Source of the DNA: Callorhinchus milii
Lineage: Eukaryota
Assembly (NCBI RefSeq): GCF_018977255.1
Contig: NW_024704742.1
Coordinates: forward strand, 4,404,001-4,468,000
Length of the DNA: 64,000 nt
Direction of reading: 5' to 3'
This document shows positions 39,885 to 52,795 of this stretch, piece by piece. The number at the start of each line of letters is the position of its first letter. Position 1 is the stretch's first letter. Under the pieces are notes generated by a model. It was not told the origin of the DNA, ran no database searches, and saw only the letters and a program-made list of their open reading frames with translations. The translations under genes and the position numbers were made by a program.

Positions 39885-40875
39885 GCAGCTTAAAATGTAT
39901 TGCTTCAACAGCACTAACAAGCACTTTTCCATCATGCTCATCACCCGAATCCTTGCCAGGCTCCATACTGGGAGCCCTTCTGTTACATGTATATGTTGAT
40001 GAACTGGATTTGTAGACCCAGTGTAACATATTTACAGATGACACCAAGTTGGAAGAACGGTGTACTCAGACGAGGCAGCAAAGGTCCTACAAAGAGAGTT
40101 TTGTAAGGTATGCATGTGGTCTGTTAACTGAATGAAGTTGACTACAAATAAATGCACGGTCCTTGATATAGGATCCAAGAATAGGAAACACATGCACTCC
40201 ATGGATGGGATTGAATTGGCCAAAGGGGGAAGCTGAGAAAGCTAGGAGTGTTAGTTGACTTGTCGTTCACTAAGTCAAAACAGTGTAAGGCAGCAATAAA
40301 CAAGGGAAACAGGATTCTGGACTATATTGCTAAATCAATTAAGTTCAGTTGCCCAGACATAATACTCACTCTGATCAGACTGCATCTTCAATACTGCATA
40401 AAATTCTGCTCACTGTGACATAAATCCAGGCTCCAGATGCAATATAGAGGAGAGCAATGAGGATAATCCCCAGTGATAGAGGAACTAGCTGTGAGTAACA
40501 ATTAGACAAACTCAGGCTTTTGAGTCTTGAGAGAAGACAATTCAGAGGGGACCTCATAGAGATATATAAAATTCAAAATGAGATTGAAAAATATCTACAA
40601 TTTAAGATGCAGCAGGTCAGAAGAACAAGAAGACATAAATTTAGAGTTGCAAATGGTAGTTTCAGGACAGCGACCAGGAAGATTTTCTTTACCCAGAGGG
40701 TAACCAATGCCTGGAACAGATTGTCAGGAAAGGTGATTGCATCCAGGAAGCTGGACTCATTCAAAAAGTAGCTTAATGCTGCAATGGAAAGACAGTAGGA
40801 TGGGTATTATGGAGGGATGAGATTGGATGGGACAAAGGACCTTCTTCGTCCAAACCAATCTGGTGATCTTGTGAT
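39885..40875 (+). mobile_element. CR1 LINE, ~1 kb, 5'-truncated
   Basis: PGSILGALL (cf. PQGSVLGP), FTDDTKL, SLERRQFRGDLIEIYKI..RTRRH..FFTQRVTNAWNRL; 3' end gtgatcttgtga. Confidence 0.9.
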
Positions 40876-41479
40876 ATAAAATGCAAAGAATTATAGAATC
40901 TGTCTTATTTGGAAATTGCACCAAACATCCTTGAGACTGACCCCTCCACTACATTCTTGACATGGCTGGAGTTTCACTGTTGCCTATTTCTAATGTCCCA
41001 TTACCCTCCTCACACACTATCACCTTGAACTGCATTCTCACCATTCCCCTCCCCTCCTTCTCACAGGCAAATTTGCCTTTCCCAGCCTTCTCCATGGTTC
41101 GTCTGGATGTTACAGATGCTATTCCCTTGTCATCTTGGATTCACTGTTCCCTCTCAATATCCCTGTAATCCATGTTTGTCCTCTGCACTCTTAGATGCTT
41201 CTGTCTGTGGTTCTGGTCATTCTAGGACTCGGGTGGTCCTCTGGGAGCTCCTGATTTGTGCCAGGAAACAGAAAAATCATGAGGATAACTAATCCTTTCC
41301 AGATCCACATTATCTTAGATTCCACCTCCCATATCCACCTGATTACAGAGCACAGTTGCGCCTTAGGAAAGTCTGACGCCAAATGTTTTGAGAATGATTG
41401 TGAAGATCATTTGTGATGGTAGACAATACTTCCCAAAGCCATAAATTGGAGGGGAAAATGTGATATGATAATCATCGCT

Positions 41480-42480
41480 GGCGATAATGAAGACATACCG
41501 CATTTTTCCTCTCATCCTCTTGTGGAGATTACACCAGGGGGTATTATTGCAAGTCTTTTTCAGCAGCTTGTATCTTCCAGGGTATCCATTCCATTTAATT
41601 GTCTCACTGCCTTCTCAGGGGCTGTCAATTCTCTCCTGAGTAGGGATGTGCCACCCATTGCTCATCTCCGTTGAGTGTCACTTTTCCCTACATTTATAGA
41701 TGGTAAATTTTAAGCACATCACTGTGTCAGTCACACGTTGTAAATATCAGTCCCGTGCCTGATGTGCGCGGAAACCCATCACCATTCTTAAGAGTACCTA
41801 ACCAAACAGCATGAAACGCGTGAGAGCATTGCAGCATCTTCCTGCCCGCAGTTCAGGCACACGTCCCTTCCCATTGAGTGATGATTCCACCGGTTGGAGG
41901 TGCGGAGTTTAAGCAGCACCTTCTTACCTCTCTGCAAATCAATCAGGCACTGGATGTACGAACCTGTATTTAAGAACTGGGTGACACCTTCCAGCAGCTG
42001 TCACCCCGAGCTTCAGAGTTTCCTCATCAGCTCTCTGGGGGGCATCTGCCTTCAGTGTGGTGGAAGGACCTTTACAGGACAGAGCTTGTGATGTGCCAGC
42101 TACCTGGATGGTCTCGAGGTCCAAGTCCAATGCTGTGTACCAGGCTTTCTCAGCACCAGCTGCTCAATCCAGGTCCTCATGCAAGGTGCCTTGACCAATA
42201 GACGTGGCCGCCTTCAAGGCATTCAGCGACAGGTCAGTGTTGGCTAGAGCCCTCCCGCCCTACAACCTCTTCCTGTGTTTGCCACAAATCCACCTCACTG
42301 CTTGATCCTGGACTTTGCAAATGGGTTGGAGGAAGCATCTCTGCTGCATATCCCCGGGAGCTAGGATGTAACGAGGAAACGGTTTACACACAGGTCTTAT
42401 ACGCCACAATATCAACATCACACTTTGCTTGAGCTTGTGTAAAACCACATTAATCTGTCGCACCAACATCCATTCAGGGT
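41480..42480 (-). mobile_element. Decayed RLE-type (R2/NeSL-like) non-LTR retrotransposon, C-terminal part
   Basis: A 177-codon frame (42469-41939) has only 2 internal stops; with frameshifts it gives ordered motifs GGRALAN, GVTQF, LLKLRTSN, CLNCG..MLQC, (P)D/LIF and VISTRG. Confidence 0.55.
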
Positions 42481-45035
42481 ATTCTTCTGTTCAGTATGTG
42501 TTATTTTAACTTATATTAGGCAGTAATCAGACCAGTAAAACTGGCAGGAAAGATACTGACAATGAGGTCTTAATATGTTGGAAATTCTAATGGATTCCTT
42601 CATAAGAGAACAGGAAGTACTTTGCATTGAGCCATGGGAATCCTGCTCCGGAGAGAGCTAACCCTCAGTGGGGAATTTAGTGTGATGTGCAAGATACACT
42701 TCTAACAATGGTTCCTTGTTAAATCATAATGAGTCCATTTCCTTACTTTAACATACTTTTTAAGACGGTAATATTTCTCTTGCGTCCCAAATGACACGGA
42801 GACACTGTTGATCCTCCTAATGTACACGCCCCCCCACCCCCTTATCCTCAGATTATCAGCAGATTTCCCTCCACCACTGAAGTCCCATTTCTGTTCCTGT
42901 CTGCTGTGCTGCCAAGCACAACCTAAACTTACCCACTTATAATAATCCTTACACTTGACATAGAGTCTCTAACTTTGAAATGTCTCAAAATACATCACAG
43001 GTTATCCTTGCAAAGTGGCTGTGTATTTTGTAGGAGAAACACAGAGGTTATGTGCAGTAAGGTCCTATAAACAGCCAGAGGTGAATGTCAGATTTATCTG
43101 GAGGCTTGTTGACCAGATCACGAGAAGTTCCCTTTTGCTTTCGAATCATTTGAATATGGTGTGTCCTCACAGCAGTATTTTAAGGGCAAGGGTGTGTGCT
43201 TCTGCTTCTCAACAACTGATGCGAGGGCACACATATACTAATTCCAATGTGGGTGACCTTACGCAACCACCACACTAAGCTGGAGGGGAAATAAATAGCC
43301 ACAGAGTAGGGGTTGCCCCTCTCAAAGCCCTCTTTTCCAGCTGGATGGACCCCCCACTCGCCCCACACATAATGATAAGGAGAGACAATGTGAAAGGGAC
43401 CTGTACTGCACCCTCTGGCTCTGCTGGTGTACTCTTCCCTGAGTTTCATTTGATTTTTTGGTGCAAACAGGTGGATGAAATGTTCTCATCTCAGAGCAAT
43501 AATCAGGGAGAACGGTAAGATTTAACGGAACAAGATTTTATCCACATCAACCCCCCCACCCCAGAATGTCTGACCCAGTGGCTCTCGTTCATGGATCTCG
43601 GTGATGTACCCTCTCACTGGATGTGCGAGCCCTTAAGTGGGCATTTGTCCCATTAAAATATTTCCATTGTTCTGGAATGTGGATGCTTCCTGGGGTAAGT
43701 ATCAAAGAAAGTGTCACACCATTCAGTTATTCTTGACTGTGTACAGCTTTTCCACCTCACAGGGACTGCCATCAATTTCTTCTCATCAGTAGCAATTAGA
43801 GTAAATGGATTCGTCTGTAGACTTGAGAACCGAGGGATAAAGGTGACAATATAATTAAGGTTTTTAATTCTATGCCTGAATAGTTAAGTCCAGAATTCAT
43901 GATAATTAGCTGGCCATAATGAAAAATCTTTAGTTGCCATTTTCACTCTTTGTTTCCTGTAATTGTTCATCTTAGCCGTCTACATTTGTCCTTTGATCTG
44001 AATTCTGTCCGCTCGTTCTGTGTCAATTAATTTACGGCTGATGATTGAGACAGAGGGATGGCATGCACTGTGCAGTTAAATTAAAATAAATGAATGGTTT
44101 CTGTTTACAGTGCAGTATCTTGGATCCAAGAAAACAATCACAGATGATATAATGTAATTCTTCAATATAAAAGGAAAGCAGTTTTCTAGCGTGAGTTTGT
44201 CCAGGGGGTTTGAGACTAATAACAGTGACGGTATTTTTAGTCATGGTCAATGGGAACACGTGGAAGTCTGGTTTGAAATAAAATCTTTGTGTTTTAAATC
44301 AGTCTGAGAAAATGTCCAGATGACTTTTAAACCCTTATAATCGTAATGAATCCTAATCTTTCTCATGAATATCATCCTTCTCTTGGGGGTTTTAGCCTGA
44401 ATTTAGTGATGTAAATTGGTAAGTACAGTCATCTTATTTAGTATAATACTGCTTTTCAAGTCAATTTGCTGCTTACTTCGCCTAACTCTAAACCATACTC
44501 ACTGACGTATGTTAGAATCATAGAACAATAGCATAAAAGAAGGTCATTTTGGCTCATCATGTCTGCGCTAGTCCTAGCACCCCCTGGAGCTATCTACTCC
44601 AATCCCCTAATTTTCCCCCTAATCTTCAATGTAATCTTTCCTCAAATATTCATTCAGCTTCCTTTTATAGATTTAACATCAGAAGTACTTTGTGTAGACT
44701 ACTCAATACTTAACTCTCAACGTTAAACAAATCAACATCCTTTTTATTTTGGCAATAATCCTTTATTTACCAAATCATAAACATTTATCTTTTTTGAATG
44801 CCTTGTTTCAATCCTCCTAACTCTCTCTGCTCCACTGGATGTTTCTTCATCTCCTCGACCACTACAACAAGATCTTTGATAAATGATTTATTATTTTCCT
44901 GACCTTAATAAGGTATCAGATTGTTCATGGGGGTCACAGCTAACAACCGAGTCAACTGATATACCAGCATTTTTATTAGTCTGACAGGCTAATAAATATC
45001 AACTTCTGCTGACCTTACAGCTTCTGTCTACTTCC

Positions 45036-45115
45036 CACTGTAATAGCGAAGGTGTGTGTCACTGTGATAGTGAGGGCTTGTGTCACTGTGATAGTGAGGA
45101 CTTGTGTCACTGTGA
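45036..45115 (+). repeat. 24-bp tandem repeat, ~3.3 copies
   Basis: cactgtaatagcgaaggtgtgtgt / cactgtgatagtgagggcttgtgt / cactgtgatagtgaggacttgtgt / cactgtga. Confidence 0.9.
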
Positions 45116-45504
45116 ATGTCAGTCAGAAATCATTTAATGGAGAAGGAAATGGTGGTAGTGGGTCATTTCTGGATAGCAGTCAATCTGCTGTGGTTTAGCA
45201 TGGTCAAGAGTTTGTTGTATGTTGTGAAGTGACGGATACTGTTGAAGTTTATGGGGTTTCCTGGAGGCATACAGGCCTCTCCTTTAAGCAATGCCAATGA
45301 AGCAACAGCGACCCAAACTGACATAAAATCGTTCACGCAGTACATTGCATCAAGTGCTTCACAGAGACAGAGATCAGAGGAGGGCAAGAAAAGACCTCAA
45401 ATAGCATCCTCCACAAGACTGAACTTGCAGAATTAAAATAAGGATCTTGGAGGAAGGCAATCTCTTGGTAATTTGTTTTAAAGAGTAGTGGGTGGCGTAG
45501 AAAT

Positions 45505-45865
45505 TTGCGCAGAAGTTCATTCATCATCATTTTAAAGAAAGGTTTGGAGGAAGAAGGCCCATTTGATCTCATTTTTCCAGAACACCTACCCGATGGTATC
45601 ATCACAGCATCAAGTTGTTTTGTAAAAGAATCCAACATTCTGGACTCAACCAGTCACCGTGGTAAACTGTTCCAGTTGTTGATTACCAGTCGTTAATCTG
45701 AGTAAAGAAATATTTTCTGGTGTCTGTCCTGAAATTGCCCTATGCAACTTTAAATGTGTATCCACTTGATATGCTGTCTTGGTACATCTGAAAGCATTGT
45801 CTGGATTTACTTTCTCAGTACAACTGAAAATGTTCTACATCTCCATGAAGTCGCCGCTGAGATGA
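45505..45865 (-). mobile_element. CR1 LINE 3' fragment
   Basis: Reverse complement is similar to 11370-11700 (LSGDFME..; tggtaatcaacaactggaacag; LDSFTKQLDAVM). Confidence 0.8.
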
Positions 45866-45867
45866 CT

Positions 45868-46140
45868 CAACAACAACAGCAGTAGCAAAATGACATTCGT
45901 ATAGCGTCTTTCATGTTGGGAGGACGTCCCACAGACCTGAACTGGGGGTCAGGGTGGGGGAGGGGGGAGGGCAGGTGCGGAAGCAGGGAGATCGAAAGTA
46001 CGGTTGAAGAGGAGGGTCTTGAGTTGGGTCTTGAAGGTGGCGAGGGAGGGGGCGGGAGCAGAGGGAGGCAGTGGGATGGTTGAGCAGGGATAGGAATCAG
46101 GGAGGGTGGTGGGAGAGGAGTACCGAGGGGGAGTAAGTGA
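45868..46140 (-). mobile_element. L2 LINE 3' fragment
   Basis: caacaacaac...atagcgtctttcatgttgggaggacgtccc tail, G-rich UTR, FKTQLKTLLFN-like end. Confidence 0.82.
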
Positions 46141-48049
46141 GGGTAGAGGACAGGGGTGGGGGCATTACGGGGAAGCAGCTCGGGTTGGTGGTGGCAGCCA
46201 AAACGTACACGCCAAGACTAAAAGCAAGCGGCGGGGGTGGGGGCGTTAGTTCATATTGGGGGACTCAGTTCAAGACTAAAGGGGGTCTCGCTTGTCTAAT
46301 CATTGCTTATAGTTCATTCCTCTAATAAGGATCATCTTTGTTTTTCTCCTCTGCACTACTTCTGGGGCTTGGGCAGGCCTTTATGCAGTAAAATAATAAT
46401 AATCTTTACATTTGGTATATCGCCTTTTAAGTCACAAAGGCTTCGCAGGATGCAATATAATATGCTGTAGCTGTATATGTTTTGTGGGCATCCAATTTGT
46501 GCACAGATGAAGTTGCTAGAATTGGAATGGGCTTCCAACCATTTAGAGGTTGTATCGTACGTTACACAAACAATTTATTTGTACGTTTGAATATTCCAAA
46601 TTGGGGTGGAGTGAAGGAACTTGAAATAATTCAGGTATGTTTTTAAATCCAATCTGGATTATCCTCCAGAAACATACACTAAGGAGAGGTATCAGGAGAA
46701 TGTAACATGTCCTACAATGCTCTAAGCAAAGGGATGGAAAGGAAAGCCCCCCAGGACACTACCCTGCATGAAGGATGCTGTATAAATGCAAGTTGTTGTT
46801 GAAAGGATCCAGAAACTAAGAGTCTCATCTCATCTTGAATTAAGGTAATATGTCCGAGCCAGAGGAAATCTGAGCCAGTTGGTATCCTGTGTGTACTTTT
46901 ACACTGGGGTTGGGATGGCTTCCATCATGGTTTGTGTCACTGACCAATATAACTGAACACTTATACGCCAAGTAATACTGCTGCCTGGAGAGAGTAAGAA
47001 ATAATTCAAATAACTGCACGGCAAGGTAGGATGCAAAAGGAAATTACTTTACATTGCTGGATAAGCACAGCTATGACAATGCTTTCAGCATTGTGAGCAA
47101 TATAGTCAGAGGAAAATACTATCTCAACACACCCACACATCATTAGTCAAGATTCAGACCTCAGCTTCCTTGGAACTTACATCCGTGGTCTAAATTACTT
47201 TGGACAGTTCTTCAAGTAGATATTTGTAGGTCCTGATGATTACTGGTCAATTCCCCAATGAAAGAGCAATTTACTGCAACAGCAGCAAAGGCTTTGGGGC
47301 AAATTTTATCTTAACACTACAACATGTAGGTAGGTAACACACAGATGAAGGTTTGATTTTCAGAATATTAAGTGTTGAGCAGTTTGTTCAAAATATCTAT
47401 CTGATTCTCATAGTATTAAGTGTTGAAATGGATTGTCTAGAGATCCCAAGAACTATATTAACCTGTTGGAAAAATATCTTTCTCTAGTTACCCAAATCCT
47501 ACTAAAAAGAGATAATGATCAGATTGCATTTTTTTAAAAAAGTCGTTCATCTTCAAAGTACAGTGACTACAACTTGAATCACTTTGGTGACCCAATTCTG
47601 ACTCAGATGCGAGAGTGCTACCAACTGAGCCAGGCTGACACGCAATCTATGTCAAGAGCAATATTAAAAAATAATAGATCATTATAGCTGAGGGAAATGT
47701 TGGGAAATATCTGGCAGCAACTTGAAACTATTTCCTTTTAGTTGAGAAGATGAGGGTAAGGATCTCGTACTATTGACAGACCCTGTGTTTCTAAATTAGC
47801 TTTGAAGTAGAATGGATGCTGGATTGATGCCAGTTTGGTTGTAGAACCGATAGAAGTCGTTTTTGCTTTCCAAGCAAGAAAACAAAGTGAAGCTAATTCC
47901 AACATGATCACAGTTCAATATTGTACACCAATGGGAGCTTTACCCATATTCCTCAGTTGTTTTGGACCGACATCTTGTGTCATGATTTTGAAGGCATATT
48001 TGGAAAATACTTGCAAAATCCAGTACCAATGAATTTTCCCTACCTTTCT

Positions 48050-48465
48050 GACTTTTGTCTCTAACTCAGAAGGTTTGGGTTTCAAGCCCCACATCTAGAC
48101 TTTGAATTCATAGTTTAAAACGACCTTCCAGTGCAATACTAGGGAGCACTGCATTGTCAGAGGTGCCGTCCTTCAGATGAGACTTTAAACCAAAGTCCTG
48201 TCTGCCATTTAAGGTGGATGTGAAGGATCCAGTGGCACTTTTGAATAGCGAAGGGAGTTCCTGTTAGTGTCCTGACCAACGATCCTCCAGATAAAATTGC
48301 TCATTCACTTCATGGCTGTTTGTTGGCTATTGCTGTGGCCAAATTAGCTGCTGCATTCACTTACAAATATATACTGTCAATGCACTCCACACTAAAATCC
48401 TGGGAATTGCTTTGAGGCATCTTGATGATGTGTTAAGGTGCTATATTAAATTTTAGGACATTATC
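48050..48465 (+). mobile_element. Near full-length Deu-domain SINE
   Basis: Head remnant (tcagaaggtttgggtttcaagccccac), Deu domain gagggagcactgcattgtcagaggtgccgtccttcagatgagac...gtgtcctgaccaa, L2-type tail. Confidence 0.88.
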
Positions 48466-50234
48466 TAACCATCTAAGCACCAGCTGATTCCTCTGTCACG
48501 AATTTGTAAAATATTATATTTTTTAAAATTACAACAAACATTTATTATTATTAATATCATAATAGTATTCAGAATACAAATACAACAAACCCAGGTTTTC
48601 ATCTGGTAGAAAATTCTGTCCTGGGTTACGAAGAGTTAATTGACGTAAAATCTGCTTGCTGATGGATTGTGTACATTACACATGATTAGATATTTTATTC
48701 TTGTTAAATGAAGAGCGGTGGACTCTGTCAGGTATTTTTAGATTCTTCTGGTCTTATTGGTCCAGTCTATTCCATACGTTGTTCTGTAAATGGCCACATA
48801 TGGCTTTGTGTCTGTAGGAGTGATGACAGTACAGCTGGTTTTCATTGCCCACCAATTTAAGAAGACCTGCTTCTTTGTGAGCCTGACAGCACATAGAGCT
48901 TTGTTGCTTTTGCAAAACATATCTGTTTTGTAATTGTCTATTTATCACCTGCCCAGGTTTACCGGCTTCCTATCCCAGATTGAAGGAAGAAATCCTCTTT
49001 CTACAGTACCTATTCTCTCCTAAATTAGAACCTGGCCACTAAGCCACTAATTTAGCTCCACTATCAGGCTGAAAAAGTGGGCATTCGATGCAAAGTGTCG
49101 ACTGGGGAATTGATTATTTCGACTCTTAGCATGCATGATAAAACTGGCAGATCTGGCCACTGCTGGAAGCGGTTCTGTGTCCCTTGAGGCAGTCCGATTG
49201 TGTTCATAGAGGATGAGCTCAGAATCGCCAGTGTAGTCTGTACTGAAAAAGAGAGTCAGTTCATAATGTAAAGAAAAACAATATTATTTAAAGCTTCTTC
49301 TTAGAGACCTTTGGGTGTTTTTTCCCCATGTGTAAAAATTAATGACTATACAATTAAACTCAAAGTCAAGATCATTGGACATAGGAAGGACAAAGTGAAG
49401 CTGTAAAATTGGTCACCGCTGCAGTTTTATTAGAAAATTGTCTTAAATATGAATCTGGTTACTGTCAAATACACCAAAATATGCTTAAATAAGTCAGGGG
49501 AGTCCAATTACTCTGGGTATCATGAGAGAACCAAAATAAACAAGAAAAGGTTTATTTCACGCTTTTCCTCTGTGAATACAAATGTCACTATTACATAGAT
49601 GTCGACACACCCCATAATAGAGAATAATAAAAAGCGGCGGACAAGATCCAATATACTTGAAGAGACCAGGAGCCCGAAATGTCTAATGTTGTTAACGTTA
49701 AGAAAATTGTCTTAATATATAAAATTGCACAGAATTTTGCAAATCAGTTTTCCACATTTGATTTTCTGTACTGCAGACCAGCTTCGAAAATGAAGCCTAC
49801 ATTTGAGACTTTCCTGGAGTTCCACACACCCTCAAGTTTGAATACACTAAGTCTAAAACCATGAGACATTCCAGATGCCTAATGAGAGGGACACTATAGC
49901 CCACACTTTCAAACATCGGTTAACTCCTGAAATTCGATGAATTTGAAATTAATTTACTAAACTATGTGGGGCCTCAACAGATTTGTTATTCCTACTGTTT
50001 TGGATTTGGTTTTGCGTGGGATAAATAAGATACAGAGTTAGTGGATGGGTTAGTTGGCAACTGTTTGTAGTGGTAAAATAAAAATAATTTTGTTTCAGAC
50101 TATAAGAACATATAAGAAAATAAGAAGTGCCAGATGAAAAAAAGACCAAGTCCATGGAATCCACCTTCCTGGCGGTCACATGCTACCTGTGCACAGAATT
50201 CATTGTAAAGTGAATTGACTGTATATTTTGCGGA

Positions 50235-50390
50235 CAAAACTACCCATCAATCCAGGTGTGATCTGACCAAAGTGCTGTACAGTTGTAACATGACTTGTGG
50301 GAATCTGAATTCCTGATTCAGTGATGTCGTGTAGCATCCCAGGCCATTCGTTAATTGCTGCCTCACATTGTTTGGACATAGTGAACATCA
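50235..50390 (-). mobile_element. CR1 LINE internal fragment
   Basis: TMSKQCEAAIN..GML, matching 11040-11100 and 61290-61340. Confidence 0.75.
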
Positions 50391-50449
50391 AGCGAAATAC
50401 GCACTTACTACATACAGTAAATCACCAAGCACTTGGTGAAAGCGTTTCA

Positions 50450-51918
50450 GAAAATCCAACAAGCCCAGGCCAAGAGTTAACAGAGAATAGTAATCCAACA
50501 AGTCCAGAGAGACACCGCAGTAAATACACCCAATACATCACATCCAGATTCTAACAAAAGAGAAAATACGTTGAATCCAGTAAGTCAAGGAAGTAAAAAA
50601 AGTTATAATCCCAGGTGGAAACTTGCAGGGGTTATAAATTGAGAAATTTTGCCAACGTGATAGTTTGAAATCTTTGCCACTGACTGGCTCAGGTACATAC
50701 CCTATGAAATCTTTGCAGCTTTCTCTGATTCCATAGTTCTCCACTCTCATTTATTGTCATCTCCAAGTTAACTATCAAAGACTTAATATGCAGCTGGTTG
50801 TAGGATAGCTGTTTATCCAGTGTATGCTTTACTGTTCCTGGGCAGGGCGAAACGTTGTGTAAATTTCCTTAGTCCACACACCTCTGTTTACCGAGCAGTG
50901 AGTAGGAACCTGGTTGTGAGTTGATTGGCAGATTGCTTAATCCCTTCGAAATAATAAATACATTTTAAATGTACCCGATTGTTAGTCGCCTTTTCCGGGG
51001 GTAATAATCCTTGAAAAAATCAATAAAAATAATAATAATTTGGTCACTCAATCCACGACTGTTTGTGGGACGCTGCTGTGAGCAATTGGCTGCCGCGTTT
51101 CGCCCACAAAATACACAGTCAATTCACTTTACAGTATATTCTGTGAAGCACTTTGAGACGTCTCGAAGACGCGATAAGGCGCTCTATCAAATGTAAGGTT
51201 TATTGTTATTATAACAATGTTAGAGGATATTTCCTCTATCAGAAAAAAAGCTTTCTTACGGTTACAGGATGTTTTAATGCATTGCAGTCTTAGTTCTGGT
51301 AATTCAGATAAACAACTCAGAGCCTCCAGAGAAGCTTCAGGAATGAAATCATTAATGGCAGCGAATAAATCAGCTTTTCTGGAGTTCAATTGTATGATAA
51401 CAGAAGTCATTATACGTGTGGCTAAATACTAAAGCCTCTAGCTCAAACGATAAGAAATGATTGATATCTAGAGGGTTCAGAGATTTGCTGATTATCTGGA
51501 GAATAAAATGGTAGTCAATTTGAGCAAATCTTTACCTAATACAGTCATTATTATTTACAACCCTGCAGTGCAAACTTTGCTTTTTTTCTTACAGACACTT
51601 GATTAGATATCGCATATTATACTTTAGGTTGGAAAAGTGCAACCTTTGCCAAGGTAGAACAAATGAATCAGATAGTGAATGATTGCAGCAGGCACAGAAC
51701 CGGAACAAAATAAAACCGAGCTTCTGAAAATCCAACAAGCCCAGGCCAAGAGTTAACAGAGAATAGTAATCCAACAAGTCCAGGGAGACGCAGCAGTAAA
51801 TACACCTAATACATCACATCCAGATTGTAACAAAAGAGAAAATGCATTGAATTCAGTAAGTCAAGGAAGTAAAACGTAATAATCCCAGATGGAAACTTGC
51901 AGAGGGTATAAGTTGAGA
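50450..51918 (+). repeat. ~195-bp direct duplication (50450-50644 and 51726-51918)
   Basis: The first 58 bp are identical (gaaaatccaacaagcccaggccaagag...gtccag) and the rest is highly similar. Confidence 0.95.
50838..51213 (+). mobile_element. tRNA-Ala SINE lacking most of its head
   Basis: gggcagggcgaaacgtt...ccacacacctctgtttacc...cgtttcgcccacaaaatacacagtc...tcaaatgtaagg. Confidence 0.88.
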
Positions 51919-52323
51919 GCTGCATAAAAATAGATAAATGCCCTGGACATAGGAAGGATGTTTGAACAGATCTGGACAAATTAACGATAAAAACAGATGA
52001 GCTGCAGATAGAATTGGATGACTTGGAGATGAAAATGGATTACCTGCATCTGAAAACGGAAATGGAAGGAAAGCTGGAGGAATTAAAATGAGAAAACTCA
52101 TCTATCTTCAGTCAAACTAAACCAACACAATGTAGGAAATCTGCACCACACTACAAAATGCTGCCTACAATCACAGACTCTGAGAATTGGCAGTGTGGAA
52201 GGCAGTTCGGATGGGACTTTGTAATGTGCTGGAGGGGGTAATGGGGTTTGTGCCTGCATAAAGGAGAGGACCAAGCCTCCAGGAAGCTTTCTCTTTCTGT
52301 CTGGGAATAAGGAAGAAATCTGT

Positions 52324-52578
52324 GGAGTCTTGTATCTTAGTAGTTAGAGCAATCGCCTCATAAGCAAGAGATCCTGGGTTTGATTCCCGGGCAGGTCAAA
52401 ACATTGGGCAAGTTTCTTTACTCCTCACACCTCTGTTTACCTCGCAATAAGTAGGAACCCGGTTGTTAGTCGTTTGGCAGATCGCTTTTTGCCCACAAAG
52501 TATTCAGTCAATTTACTTTACAGTATATTCTGCGAAGCACTTTGAGACATCTGGAAGATGTGATAAGGCGCTGCATCA
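52324..52578 (+). mobile_element. tRNA-Ala SINE, internally deleted, tail abutting an inverted L2
   Basis: Head ggagtcttgtatcttagtagttagagc; the body jumps from gatcgcttt to gcccacaaa. Confidence 0.85.
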
Positions 52579-52579
52579 A

Positions 52580-52795
52580 AAGTGAGAGGATCTTGAAATC
52601 AATACGTTCGGTGATTGGGAGCCAGTTGAGGACTGGTGTGATGGGATGCAGAGTTTTGTGTGGGTGCGTATCTGGGCAGCGGAGTTTTGGATTAATTGAA
52701 TTTTGTCTACGGTGGAGCTGGGGAGACCAGCGAGGAGGGCATTGGATAGTCCAGCTGGGAAGTGACAAAGGCGTGGACGAGGGTTTCAGCTGCGT
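52580..52795 (-). mobile_element. L2 LINE internal fragment
   Basis: HPITPVLNWLPITERIDFKIL (L2 LHWLP..RIxFKI motif). Confidence 0.85.
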
